DNA of 24,000 bases from Halofilum ochraceum (GTDB taxonomy: Bacteria > Pseudomonadota > Gammaproteobacteria > XJ16 > Halofilaceae). Below the pieces are notes generated by a model, which worked only from the letters and a program-made list of their open reading frames with translations, searched no databases and was not told where the DNA came from. Each line of letters opens with the position of its first letter. Position 1 is the stretch's first letter. Position numbers and translations under genes: made by a program. Shown here piece after piece: positions 15,811-24,000 of the stretch. Where the stretch lies: NCBI RefSeq assembly GCF_001614315.2, contig NZ_LVEG02000004.1:506668-530667 (forward strand), written 5' to 3'.

Positions 15811-16179
15811 TCAGTGCCCCAGCTGCAGTGTGTGAGTCTGGCGGTTGCCAGCGCCGTCGCTGTGGTTGCGCCGCCGGGTCGATTGCGTCGGCGAGCCACG
15901 CTCATCCCAGAGCGTCACGCCGGTACGCTGGTTCCCGCCGACGGGGGTGTTGCCCTCGGCGTTGCGGGCGCGGATGCCCGCCAGCGCACGGTCATCCAGC
16001 GTTGCCGCCGGCAGACCCGCATCGCCGGCAGCCACGGTCGCCGCGATCTGCTGCGCATCCGCGGACCATGCGGTCGCCGGTGCGGTCAGGACGAACAGCA
16101 GCGCGAGAAGCGCGGCGGTCAGACCGCGGGTATGGCGTCCTTGCCGTTTCCGCTTTTGCTCGACCAAAAGTGATTGCAT
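15811..16179 (-). CDS. fapA: Small secreted protein in the FapA position (putative amyloid chaperone/regulator)
   Basis: 122 aa. Signal peptide ..LLFVLTAPATAWS|AD. The mature part is low-complexity and likely disordered, and includes LDDRALAGI, which resembles the lead-in of FapB R1 (IEDRALGDV). No obvious SD. It is the first gene after the sigma-54 promoter. The symbol is assigned by synteny. Confidence 0.5.
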   Translation of the reverse strand: MQSLLVEQKRKRQGRHTRGLTAALLALLFVLTAPATAWSADAQQIAATVAAGDAGLPAATLDDRALAGIRARNAEGNTPVGGNQRTGVTLWDERGSPTQSTRRRNHSDGAGNRQTHTLQLGH

Positions 16180-16222
16180 GGCAGTCGTATTGCGCCGGTA
16201 AGCCGTTGTTGCCGACCGTGTC

Positions 16223-16237
16223 GCAAACGCCGTGCCA
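16223..16237 (-). promoter_or_regulatory. Sigma-54 (RpoN) -24/-12 promoter of the fap operon
   Basis: The minus strand reads TGGCAC-GGCGT-TTGC, an exact match to the TGGCAC-N5-TTGC consensus with correct GG/GC spacing. It ends 43 nt upstream of the fapA ATG (16179), and a sigma-54 EBP gene lies immediately upstream. Confidence 0.75.
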
Positions 16238-16242
16238 CTACG

Positions 16243-16312
16243 TAAATCCCTGTTTTATGGGGGTATTATTCAGGCCGGGTGCAGGTATGTGTCACGCTGG
16301 CGAGACAGCGTG
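16243..16312 (-). promoter_or_regulatory. Candidate upstream control region: AT-rich IHF-like site plus 7-bp inverted repeat
   Basis: An AT-rich patch is unusual for this window. On the minus strand AAACAGGGATTTA (16243..16255) matches the IHF consensus WATCARNNNNTTR with one mismatch. CACGCTG-gcgaga-CAGCGTG (16293..16312) is a possible EBP site. Spacing to the -24 element is shorter than for classic UAS. Confidence 0.3.
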
Positions 16313-16401
16313 GGGCGGGGAGGGCGGCAGATGCGGTCGTGGGGCCCGTATGTGGCCGTTTCGTCGATCGTCACACGGATGCGACAGGCGGAGGCGGGCG
16401 T

Positions 16402-17766
16402 TCAGGCTTCGCTGGTGTCGCGCAATCCGTAGCGGTCCATGAGCCGGTACAGGGTCATGCGGGACACGTCGAGTTCCTGGGCGGCCTCCGTCACGCACTG
16501 CCGATTGCGGATCAGCGCGGCATGGATCGCCTCCCGCTCGGCATTTTCACGGACTTCTTCCAGGCTTCTAGCCCGGCGCCAGTGGCCGCGACGCTCCAGA
16601 CCCAGGTCCTCCGGCTGCAGCAACCGGCCCTCGGCCATGACCATGCCGCGCCGCATCCGGTTGATCAGTTCGCGGACATTGCCGGGCCAGTCATAGTGGC
16701 GCATGACGTGCAGCGCATTACGGCTGATCCCGCTCAGCGACGGGGCGCTTTCGGTCTGGAAACGGTCGAAGAAAAACCGGGCCAGCACCTCGATGTCGTC
16801 GGGCCGCTCGCGCAGTGGCGGGATTTCCAGCTGGAGGACATTGAGCCGGTGAAACAGGTCTTCACGGAAGTCCCCCGCCGCGACCGCGTCCGCGATATCC
16901 ACATTGGTGGCCGCGAGGATCCGGACATCAACGGAGACATCGTGCGAACTCCCGACCCGCTGGATGACGCCGGACTGCAGAAAGCGCAGCAGGTTCGCCT
17001 GCAGATTCAACGGGAGATCGCCGATCTCGTCGAGCAGGAGCGTGCCACCGGACGCGGCCTCGATCCTGCCCTCGTGGCGTTCGATCGCGCCGGTAAAGGC
17101 GCCTTTTTCATGGCCGAACAGTTCGGACTGGATCAACTCCGTCGGCAGGGCACCACAATTGACGGCAATGAACGGCCCCTCAGCACGGGGCGAACGCTCG
17201 TGAATGGCGTGGGCGGCCAGTTCCTTGCCGGTACCGGATTCGCCATGAATCAGCACCGGTGCATCGACCCGGGCGGTTTTCCGTATCTGTCCGAACAGTT
17301 TCATCATCGCCGGCGTCGTGCCGACCATCTCGGATTCATCCGTGTCCTGCGGGATGTCTTCGTCCGATTCCTTTGCGGCTGTCTTTTGCCGCAGTGCCGA
17401 GAGTCCAGCAGCGTGGCGCAGAAGCGTGTCGAGCGAGTCGGGGTCGGGGGGAAGCGGGTGATGCGCGAACAGGCAGTCCGCAACGGAACCCGTGAGGAGT
17501 TCCTCGGGATTCCTCCTGCCCGGGACGAGTGCGATCCATTCCCTGCGGCTGTTCCCGAGTATCGCCTCGATTTGACGACTATCCGGCGGCGATGCGCCGT
17601 CGAGGGCGATCACGCCCGGAGCCGTGTCCGACCCCGGCATCGGTGGCAGCGGTTCTCCGATCTCGCGATGAATCACCGGAGACCAGCCGCGTGCCTCCAT
17701 GTTCATGATCAGATCATCTATCGGGCCCGTCCGCGGGCCCCGAACAACCAAGCGCGCCACATCCAT
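16402..17766 (-). CDS. Sigma-54-dependent Fis-family transcriptional activator (bEBP) with an atypical receiver-like N-domain
   Basis: The ORF extends to 17841. ATG 17766 has a strong GGGGAGG SD 6 nt upstream. AAA+ core: VLIHGESGTGKELAA (Walker A), GHEKGAFTGA (GAFTGA sigma-54 contact loop), GGTLLLDEIGDLP (Walker B), RLNVLQLEIPPLRER. C-terminal Fis-type HTH: TEAAQELDVSRMTLYRLM. The N-terminal ~130 aa are REC-like but lack the N-terminal acidic pair. Confidence 0.9.
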   Translation of the reverse strand: MDVARLVVRGPRTGPIDDLIMNMEARGWSPVIHREIGEPLPPMPGSDTAPGVIALDGASPPDSRQIEAILGNSRREWIALVPGRRNPEELLTGSVADCLFAHHPLPPDPDSLDTLLRHAAGLSALRQKTAAKESDEDIPQDTDESEMVGTTPAMMKLFGQIRKTARVDAPVLIHGESGTGKELAAHAIHERSPRAEGPFIAVNCGALPTELIQSELFGHEKGAFTGAIERHEGRIEAASGGTLLLDEIGDLPLNLQANLLRFLQSGVIQRVGSSHDVSVDVRILAATNVDIADAVAAGDFREDLFHRLNVLQLEIPPLRERPDDIEVLARFFFDRFQTESAPSLSGISRNALHVMRHYDWPGNVRELINRMRRGMVMAEGRLLQPEDLGLERRGHWRRARSLEEVRENAEREAIHAALIRNRQCVTEAAQELDVSRMTLYRLMDRYGLRDTSEA

Positions 17767-18038
17767 CGCGTGCCTCCCCTGTGCATGCGCAGGCGCTGAA
17801 ATCGAAGTAGTCGACGGCCCGCGCCCGACCGGCATGGCCATTCGCGGGCTCCGCTCATTGTCATGAAGTCACGGGTGAGCGCCGACTGCTTATTAAAGGT
17901 GTAGTACCTAACCCAAAGTGAGGTCAATATTTCGCACTGCCGACGGTTCGGCTTGGCGGAAATTCACGTGGAGTGGGGATGCAGCCCGGATAGGGGAACC
18001 GGGTCCGAAAACAGGTGGGCTGACTGGAAAGGGGCGGG

Positions 18039-18072
18039 GCGTACGGTGCCCGGGGGACCGGGCACCGTACGC
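18039..18072 (-). terminator. Strong hairpin downstream of proW (likely proVW terminator)
   Basis: Perfect 15-bp inverted repeat GCGTACGGTGCCCGG / CCGGGCACCGTACGC with a 4-nt loop, 23 nt after the proW stop. On the minus strand it is followed by CCCGCCCCTTTCC, so the U-tract is poor. Confidence 0.5.
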
Positions 18073-18094
18073 TCGCCACAACGGTACTGGCGGA

Positions 18095-19015
18095 TCAGCT
18101 GGACGCGGCCGTCTTCTTGCCGGAACCGCTGAACATCGCCTTGAGGTAGTGGAACAGCGGGCTGCCGCTGGCTCCAGCCTGACCGAAGGTCTGCGTGATC
18201 CGGTCGAGCAGGATCGCAATCAGCACCACGCCAAGACCGCCCTCGAACCCGAGGCCGACGTTCAGGCGCTGAATACCCGTCAGGACCACGTTGCCGAGAC
18301 CGCCCGCACCGATCATCGAGGCGATGACGACCATCGACAGCGACAGCATGATGGTCTGGTTCACGCCCTGCATGATGGTGGGCATCGCCAGAGGCAGCTG
18401 TACCTTGGTCAGGAGCTGGCGCGGCGTGCAGCCGAACGCGAGGCCGGCCTCGATGTTCTCCTCATGCACCTGGCGGATGCCGAGATTCGTGAGGCGCACG
18501 GCCGGCGGCATGGCGAACACCACCGTCGCGATCGTGCCGGGTACCTTCCCGAGGCCGAAGAAGATTGCGGCCGGGATCAGGTACACGAATGGCGGCATGG
18601 TCTGCATGAAGTCCAGCACCGGCCGTACGAGCATCTCGACCTTGTCGTTGCGGGCCATCGCGATGCCGAGCGGCCCGCCGATCAACAGTGCGACGAAACT
18701 GGCACTGAGTACGATCGCCACCGTCGACATGGTCTCCGGCCACAGCGTCATCTCGAAGAACAGGATCATCGCGACGATGCAGAATATTCCGAAGCCCCAG
18801 CCGACGCGCAGAAAGCCGAGAATGATGATCGCTGCCGCCATCACCAATGGATGCACCCAAAGCATGAAGCCTTCGAGGTTGGCCACGACGAAGTCGATGG
18901 CGGCGGAGATGCCGTCGAGCAGGCCGCCGAGATTGTTCTGGATCCAGTCGACGAGGTCTTCGACGTACTGTCCCAGATCGATATTGAGGAATTGATAGTT
19001 CTCTGGATCAGCCAT
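18095..19015 (-). CDS. proW: Glycine betaine/proline-betaine ABC transporter permease ProW
   Basis: 306 aa. ProW-type N-terminal extension (LGQYVEDLVDWIQNNLGGLLDGIS), multiple TM helices, and an EAA-like loop EAGLAFGCTPRQLLTKVQLPLAMPTIM. Starts 6 nt after the proV stop. Confidence 0.9.
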   Translation of the reverse strand: MADPENYQFLNIDLGQYVEDLVDWIQNNLGGLLDGISAAIDFVVANLEGFMLWVHPLVMAAAIIILGFLRVGWGFGIFCIVAMILFFEMTLWPETMSTVAIVLSASFVALLIGGPLGIAMARNDKVEMLVRPVLDFMQTMPPFVYLIPAAIFFGLGKVPGTIATVVFAMPPAVRLTNLGIRQVHEENIEAGLAFGCTPRQLLTKVQLPLAMPTIMQGVNQTIMLSLSMVVIASMIGAGGLGNVVLTGIQRLNVGLGFEGGLGVVLIAILLDRITQTFGQAGASGSPLFHYLKAMFSGSGKKTAASS

Positions 19016-19021
19016 GATGAA

Positions 19022-20197
<1,176 letters not shown>

Positions 20198-20491
20198 CGA
20201 TCGTCGCTCCCGTGGTTATGAAATCATGGAATGACAGGCCGCATACGGCCGGCCGACGAAACGCAGTCTAACCCGGATCGCGCCCCACTATAAAAGAGGG
20301 GGACCGGAACCGAGCCCAATTTCGCCGCGGAGCGACGCCCGTCATGACGCCAGTTCGGCCTGAGCCTTAGCCCCGCTCATGGCCGATGGGAGGCGGACTA
20401 CGCGGAAACCGCAGCCCGGATGCAGCGCCAGCGGAATCCGGGGATGTATGCAGCCGGCCGCGGGCTTTGGCGCCCGGCCGCAGCGCTGTAT

Positions 20492-22612
20492 TCAGAATCC
20501 GACTTCGAGTCCGGCCACGAATGTCCGACCCGGCGCCGGCTCGAAGTAGCTCCCGCCGGTCGCATTCACGCGGACATTCGCGACATGCTCCGTGTCGGTG
20601 ACGTTGTCGATGCCGAACCAGGCCTCGACGCGGCGCCCGGAGGCGCTCCACGTGCGCCCGGCGCGCAGATCCAGCGTCGTGTAGTCATCGACGCGGACGC
20701 GGTTCGCGTTGTCGGCGTAGACCGAGTCGATATAGCGGATGCTGGCGCGTGCGTAGCGGCCGTCCGCAGCGCGCCAGTCCGCCTCGAGGAACAGCTTGTG
20801 CTCGGGGAGCCCGGGCAGGCGATTGCCGGTGAAGTCGTTGCCGTCGCGGTCGACGAATTCCTCGAAGCGATAGTCGGACCAGGTCCAGGCGGCGGCGATC
20901 GACAGCCGCCGCGAGGCGATCCAGTCGAGACCGAGTTCAATGCCGTCGCGCCGTGTCTCGGCGGCGTTCTCGTAGAAATCGCGGCCGTTGCGCTCGAAAG
21001 AGACGATCTCGTCGTCGACATCGACCCGGAAGAGGGCGAGCTGATAGCGCAGGCGACTGCCAAAACGCCCGCGCGCGCCGATCTCGCGGTTCAGCGCCTG
21101 CTGGGACTCGATCGCGGGATTGAAGCCGCCGGTGCCATCCGGATCCGCGAATTCGGTGAAGGTGGGGGTTTCAAAAGCCGTCGAGACATTGGCATACAGG
21201 CGATGGTTGGTCGATAGCGCATATAGGGCGCCGAGACTGCCGCTGGTCTCGTCGAACCGGCGGGAACCCGAGTCATCGCCGTCACTGACGAGCTCGTCGT
21301 CGATTTCGAAACGCACCCGATCGAAGCGCAGGCCCGCGCTGAGGTCGAGGGCTTCGGTCACGCCAAGGTCCGCCTGGGCGAAAAGCCCGCCGGCGGTCGC
21401 CTGCTGGCGCTCGCGGGCCGTACGTGACTGGATCGCACCGTCGCCATCCACCGCGAAACGGAAGCGATCGTCGATCTGCCGGTCGATTTCGCCGCCGATC
21501 GTGTATTGCACCGGCATGCCGGCGAATGCGCCCGAACGGGCGTATTCAGTACCGAGGCCGAAGAAATCGCGATCGTAGCCGAGCAGGCTGTTGCCCGGAA
21601 AAGGCAGCTGCTGTTCGAAATCCCGGCGGGTGTAGAACCCCCGCAGCGTCAGCACGCCGCCGGCCGCACCCCCGTCGCGCCAGCGCAATCCCAGCCGCTG
21701 TTGCGAGGCCGTCTGGCCGGCGTCGAGCGCGCGGGCATTGGCGGTCGCGGCGCTGCGGTCGTCCGCCAGCTCGGCCGCGGTCAGGCCGCCGGGATCTTCG
21801 GAGACCGGGTTGTCCATCAGCGTCAGCACCGTCTGCAATTCGCGCTCCTCGTCGAACGAGCGGGTGACCTTGGCATTCACGCGGTCGCGCTCCACGCGCG
21901 ACTGCTCGCGGAAGCCGTCGAAGCGGAGTGCCGAGGCGTTGATGTGGTAGGCCCACGGGCCGTCGTTGCCGCCGGCCCGGACGCCGCCCTTGCGGTAGCC
22001 ATGGCTGCCGCCCTGTGCGGACACGGCGGGGCTGTAGGCCATGTCTCGACCGTCCGCCGTGGTGATATCGATGACGCCGCCGGCGGCGTTGCCGTAGGCC
22101 ACCGCGGCTGGCCCGCGGATCACCTCGATCCGATCCGCCGATTCGAGGTCGATGGCATCGGTCTGCGACTGGCCGTCGGGCAGCGTCTCCGGGAACCCAT
22201 CGACCCGCAGCCGGATGCCGCGGATACCGAAGGGCGCACGGGCGCCGAATCCGCGCGTGGATATCCGCAGCCCCTGGGCGAAGTTGTACTGGTTCTGGAA
22301 GTAGAGACCCGGGATCTGCTGCAGCGACTCGTCCAGGGTGAGCCCCCGGCGCCCGTTCCGGATCTCGTCGCGATCGACCGCGTCCACCGCCGCCGGGACG
22401 TCGAGCAGGTTGCGCTCCATGCGCGGGGCGGTGATCACGATGGGTTCCATGACCCCGTCCTCCGCGGGCGCGGCGGACACCAGGGTCGCGGCGGCGGCGA
22501 ACAGCAGGACGCGAATCCGCCTCGCGGGCGCGTTCGTGTCGAAGTGGGCGTGTGCCGGAATCGGTCCAGTCTCCATCGCCAGCCACTCGCCGCGGGGTTG
22601 GATAGCCTGCAT
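20492..22612 (-). CDS. TonB-dependent outer-membrane receptor (substrate unknown)
   Basis: 706 aa. TonB-box/plug region EPIVITAPR...LDESLQQIPGLYF...RGFG...IRLRVDGFP...IEVIRGPAAVAYGNAAGGVIDITT, a long barrel, and a C-terminal ...FVAGLEVGF. The start may instead be the ATG at 22576 (M13). Confidence 0.88.
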   Translation of the reverse strand: MQAIQPRGEWLAMETGPIPAHAHFDTNAPARRIRVLLFAAAATLVSAAPAEDGVMEPIVITAPRMERNLLDVPAAVDAVDRDEIRNGRRGLTLDESLQQIPGLYFQNQYNFAQGLRISTRGFGARAPFGIRGIRLRVDGFPETLPDGQSQTDAIDLESADRIEVIRGPAAVAYGNAAGGVIDITTADGRDMAYSPAVSAQGGSHGYRKGGVRAGGNDGPWAYHINASALRFDGFREQSRVERDRVNAKVTRSFDEERELQTVLTLMDNPVSEDPGGLTAAELADDRSAATANARALDAGQTASQQRLGLRWRDGGAAGGVLTLRGFYTRRDFEQQLPFPGNSLLGYDRDFFGLGTEYARSGAFAGMPVQYTIGGEIDRQIDDRFRFAVDGDGAIQSRTARERQQATAGGLFAQADLGVTEALDLSAGLRFDRVRFEIDDELVSDGDDSGSRRFDETSGSLGALYALSTNHRLYANVSTAFETPTFTEFADPDGTGGFNPAIESQQALNREIGARGRFGSRLRYQLALFRVDVDDEIVSFERNGRDFYENAAETRRDGIELGLDWIASRRLSIAAAWTWSDYRFEEFVDRDGNDFTGNRLPGLPEHKLFLEADWRAADGRYARASIRYIDSVYADNANRVRVDDYTTLDLRAGRTWSASGRRVEAWFGIDNVTDTEHVANVRVNATGGSYFEPAPGRTFVAGLEVGF

Positions 22613-22702
22613 TCTCGTGGCTGTGATACCCGTTTGCCAGACCCCCGCGTGGTCCTCGGCGAGTGCGGCAATGCCCCGGGGGATCGGCGCTGTCTCTCGG
22701 CT

Positions 22703-23182
22703 TCAGTCGTCCGGTTGCCCGTGCAGCCGCTTCAACCCGGCTTCGAGGCCATCCTGCAATGTGCGCAGGCGCTGTTGCAGCCGCGTCAGTTCGTCCGCGT
22801 CCAGGCCCGTGGATGCGCCGATCGAATTGTTCACGCGTTCGAGTTCCGGTCGCAGGGCCCGCCCCTGAGCGGTGAGGTGCACGCGAACGATGCGCTCGTC
22901 GTCCCGGTCACGCGTCCGATTCACGTGGCCAGCCGTATCGAGCCGACGGAGGACCGGCGTGAGCGTGCCGGAATCCAGTGACAGCCGGCCGCCGAGGACC
23001 TTGATCGATACCCCGTCTTCTTCCAGCAGGGCGAGCAGGACGATGTACTGGGTGTAGGTTAGGCCGAGCGGGTCGAGCAGGGTCCGGTACAGGCGGGTGA
23101 ATGCGTGCGCGGTCGAATAGACGCTGAAACAGAGCTGGTTGTCGAGCGTGAGCGGATCCCTGTTGTCGCAACCGTTCGCCAA
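22703..23182 (-). CDS. ohrR: MarR-family regulator of the OhrR (organic hydroperoxide sensing) type
   Basis: 159 aa. The N-terminal LDNQLCFSVYS contains the reactive-Cys motif typical of OhrR. Winged-helix core: LTYTQYIVLLAL...ISIKVLGGRLSLDSGTLTPVLRRLDTAGHVNRTRDRDDERIVRVHLT. TTG start at 23182 with a strong AGGAGG 4 nt upstream. Confidence 0.75.
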   Translation of the reverse strand: MANGCDNRDPLTLDNQLCFSVYSTAHAFTRLYRTLLDPLGLTYTQYIVLLALLEEDGVSIKVLGGRLSLDSGTLTPVLRRLDTAGHVNRTRDRDDERIVRVHLTAQGRALRPELERVNNSIGASTGLDADELTRLQQRLRTLQDGLEAGLKRLHGQPDD

Positions 23183-23261
23183 GGTACCTCCTTCGGGCCC
23201 GTCGCCTTTTGCGATGCCGGATCGGCGTCGCGCGCGGGTCGAATGCCCGATCGGTCAGAAT

Positions 23262-23291
23262 GATTGCACACAATTGGATCGTGTGCGAATC
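23262..23291. promoter_or_regulatory. Imperfect inverted repeat in the ohrR/GST divergent promoter region (candidate MarR/OhrR operator)
   Basis: GATTGCACAC-aattggatc-GTGTGCGAATC (one extra base in the right arm), centred on a CAATTG core. This is the most AT-rich part of the 182-bp intergenic region. Confidence 0.4.
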
Positions 23292-23364
23292 TCCTTCGAG
23301 CGGGGTTTCGCCTCGCGCCATTCCGGTACCGGAATGGCCACCGGACATACCCGGAGGTAGTGCC

Positions 23365-24000
23365 ATGAGCAAGGACATCGTTCTCTACGGTTTCGACGGG
23401 AGCACCTACGTACGAACCGTGCGTATGCTGCTCGCGGAGAAGGGCGCCGATTACGACCAGGTCCAGGTGAACGTGCTGGAAGGCGAGCCGCGGCAGCCGG
23501 AACATCTCGAGCGCCACCCATTCGGCAAAGTGCCGGTGCTCGACCACGACGGGATGCGGATTCTCGAAACCAGCGCGATCACCCGCTATCTGAACGATGT
23601 GCTCGAGGGGCCGTCATTCATACCCGATAACCCCAAAGACCGTGCCCGCATGGACATGGCGATCGGCCTGTTCGATTCCTATGGCTATGGTGCGCTGGTC
23701 GGTGTCGCCGGTTATCACCTGTTCCCCGGCTTCCTCGGCAATCCGGACGAGGCGTTCCGCAAGCAGTCCATCGAGGACGCGCGCAAGGTCCTCACCGAGC
23801 TGATGAAGATCCGCGGCGACTCGAAGTACATCGCCGGTGACAAACCGACGCTGGCCGATCTCTATCTGGCACCCGCCTGCTTCTATGTCAGCCTGACCGA
23901 CGATGCCGCAAAGGTGTTCGACGTCCCGGGCTTCCAGGAATGGTGGGATCGCTTCCAGCAGTTGGAGAGCTATCGCGCGACCGAACCCGACCTCGGCTGA
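23365..24000 (+). CDS. Glutathione S-transferase family protein
   Basis: The ORF begins at 23209, but ATG 23365 has GGAGG 7 nt upstream. The 211-aa protein has a thioredoxin-like N-domain (IVLYGFDGSTYVRTVRMLLAEKG...HPFGKVPVLDHDGMRILETSAITRYL) and a helical C-domain (GDKPTLADLYLAP). The stop TGA is at 23998..24000. Confidence 0.85.
   Translation: MSKDIVLYGFDGSTYVRTVRMLLAEKGADYDQVQVNVLEGEPRQPEHLERHPFGKVPVLDHDGMRILETSAITRYLNDVLEGPSFIPDNPKDRARMDMAIGLFDSYGYGALVGVAGYHLFPGFLGNPDEAFRKQSIEDARKVLTELMKIRGDSKYIAGDKPTLADLYLAPACFYVSLTDDAAKVFDVPGFQEWWDRFQQLESYRATEPDLG

Noticed and set aside
16402-17766. The idea that the fap EBP is a FleQ-like c-di-GMP receptor, linking it directly to the GGDEF-EAL gene
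   Set aside because: The FleQ contact positions I can recall are not conserved: KELAAHAIH replaces the post-Walker-A Arg-Asn pair, and there is no LFRS-type Arg. The link remains pure speculation.
16279-17799. 506-aa plus-strand ORF opposite the sigma-54 EBP. The same applies to 1267..2343, 2810..3778, 4487..5953, 14757..15536, 15546..16442, 20420..21217 and 21506..22981.
   Set aside because: All of these are antisense to, or overlap out of frame with, genes carrying strong catalytic or structural motifs. All translate to Arg/Ala/Gly/Pro-rich sequence without signal peptides or motifs.
13127-17841. Longest-ORF N-terminal extensions for fapE (to 13169), fapD (to 14023), fapB (to 15905) and the EBP (to 17841)
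   Set aside because: The internal ATGs have better SD sequences, remove overlaps with upstream genes (the fapB extension would overlap fapA by 95 nt), and place signal peptides or anchors at the true N-terminus.
20441-20491. GC-rich imperfect inverted repeat after the TonB receptor stop, considered as a terminator
   Set aside because: The arms pair only partially (CGGCCG ends with a mismatched interior) and no T-run follows on the minus strand, so I could not support a call.

Overview
Visibly GC-rich (G+C not computed), gene-dense proteobacterial chromosomal window. Many predicted proteins are strongly acidic, which suggests a halophile. I found no rRNA, tRNA, CRISPR array, transposase or integrase. 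There are four functional blocks. (1) Minus strand, 1028..7153: a TM-HAMP-5xPAS-GGDEF-EAL c-di-GMP enzyme is followed 58 nt later by kaiC, which carries a long charged C-terminal helical extension, and by an ATGA-overlapped kaiB. There is no kaiA and no histidine-kinase partner. (2) Plus strand, 7579..11087, divergent from block 1: a tightly packed triad of a retropepsin-like (DUF785/COG4067) lipoprotein, a Cys-free transglutaminase-like domain fused to 7 TM helices, and a RimK-related ATP-grasp ligase. This triad is known from comparative genomics, but I know of no established function. (3) Minus strand, 11129..17766: a complete six-gene functional-amyloid operon in the Pseudomonas fapABCDEF order. 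It has clear FapB/FapC-type imperfect repeats, a C39 peptidase and an outer-membrane barrel. It is preceded by a perfect sigma-54 -24/-12 element (TGGCAC-N5-TTGC) and a dedicated sigma-54 enhancer-binding protein. (4) Housekeeping and stress genes: proV-proW without proX, a TonB-dependent receptor, and a divergent OhrR-type MarR regulator / glutathione S-transferase pair. A YiiX-type permuted papain-like hydrolase lies at the left end. The most interesting hypotheses are a KaiBC timer coupled to c-di-GMP turnover, the uncharacterised ATP-grasp/7TM/retropepsin system sharing a control region with that enzyme, and sigma-54/EBP control of a Fap amyloid operon. All homology calls rest on motifs I recognised by eye, because no searches could be run. 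The many long R/A/G/P-rich ORFs antisense to these genes are treated as high-GC shadow ORFs.
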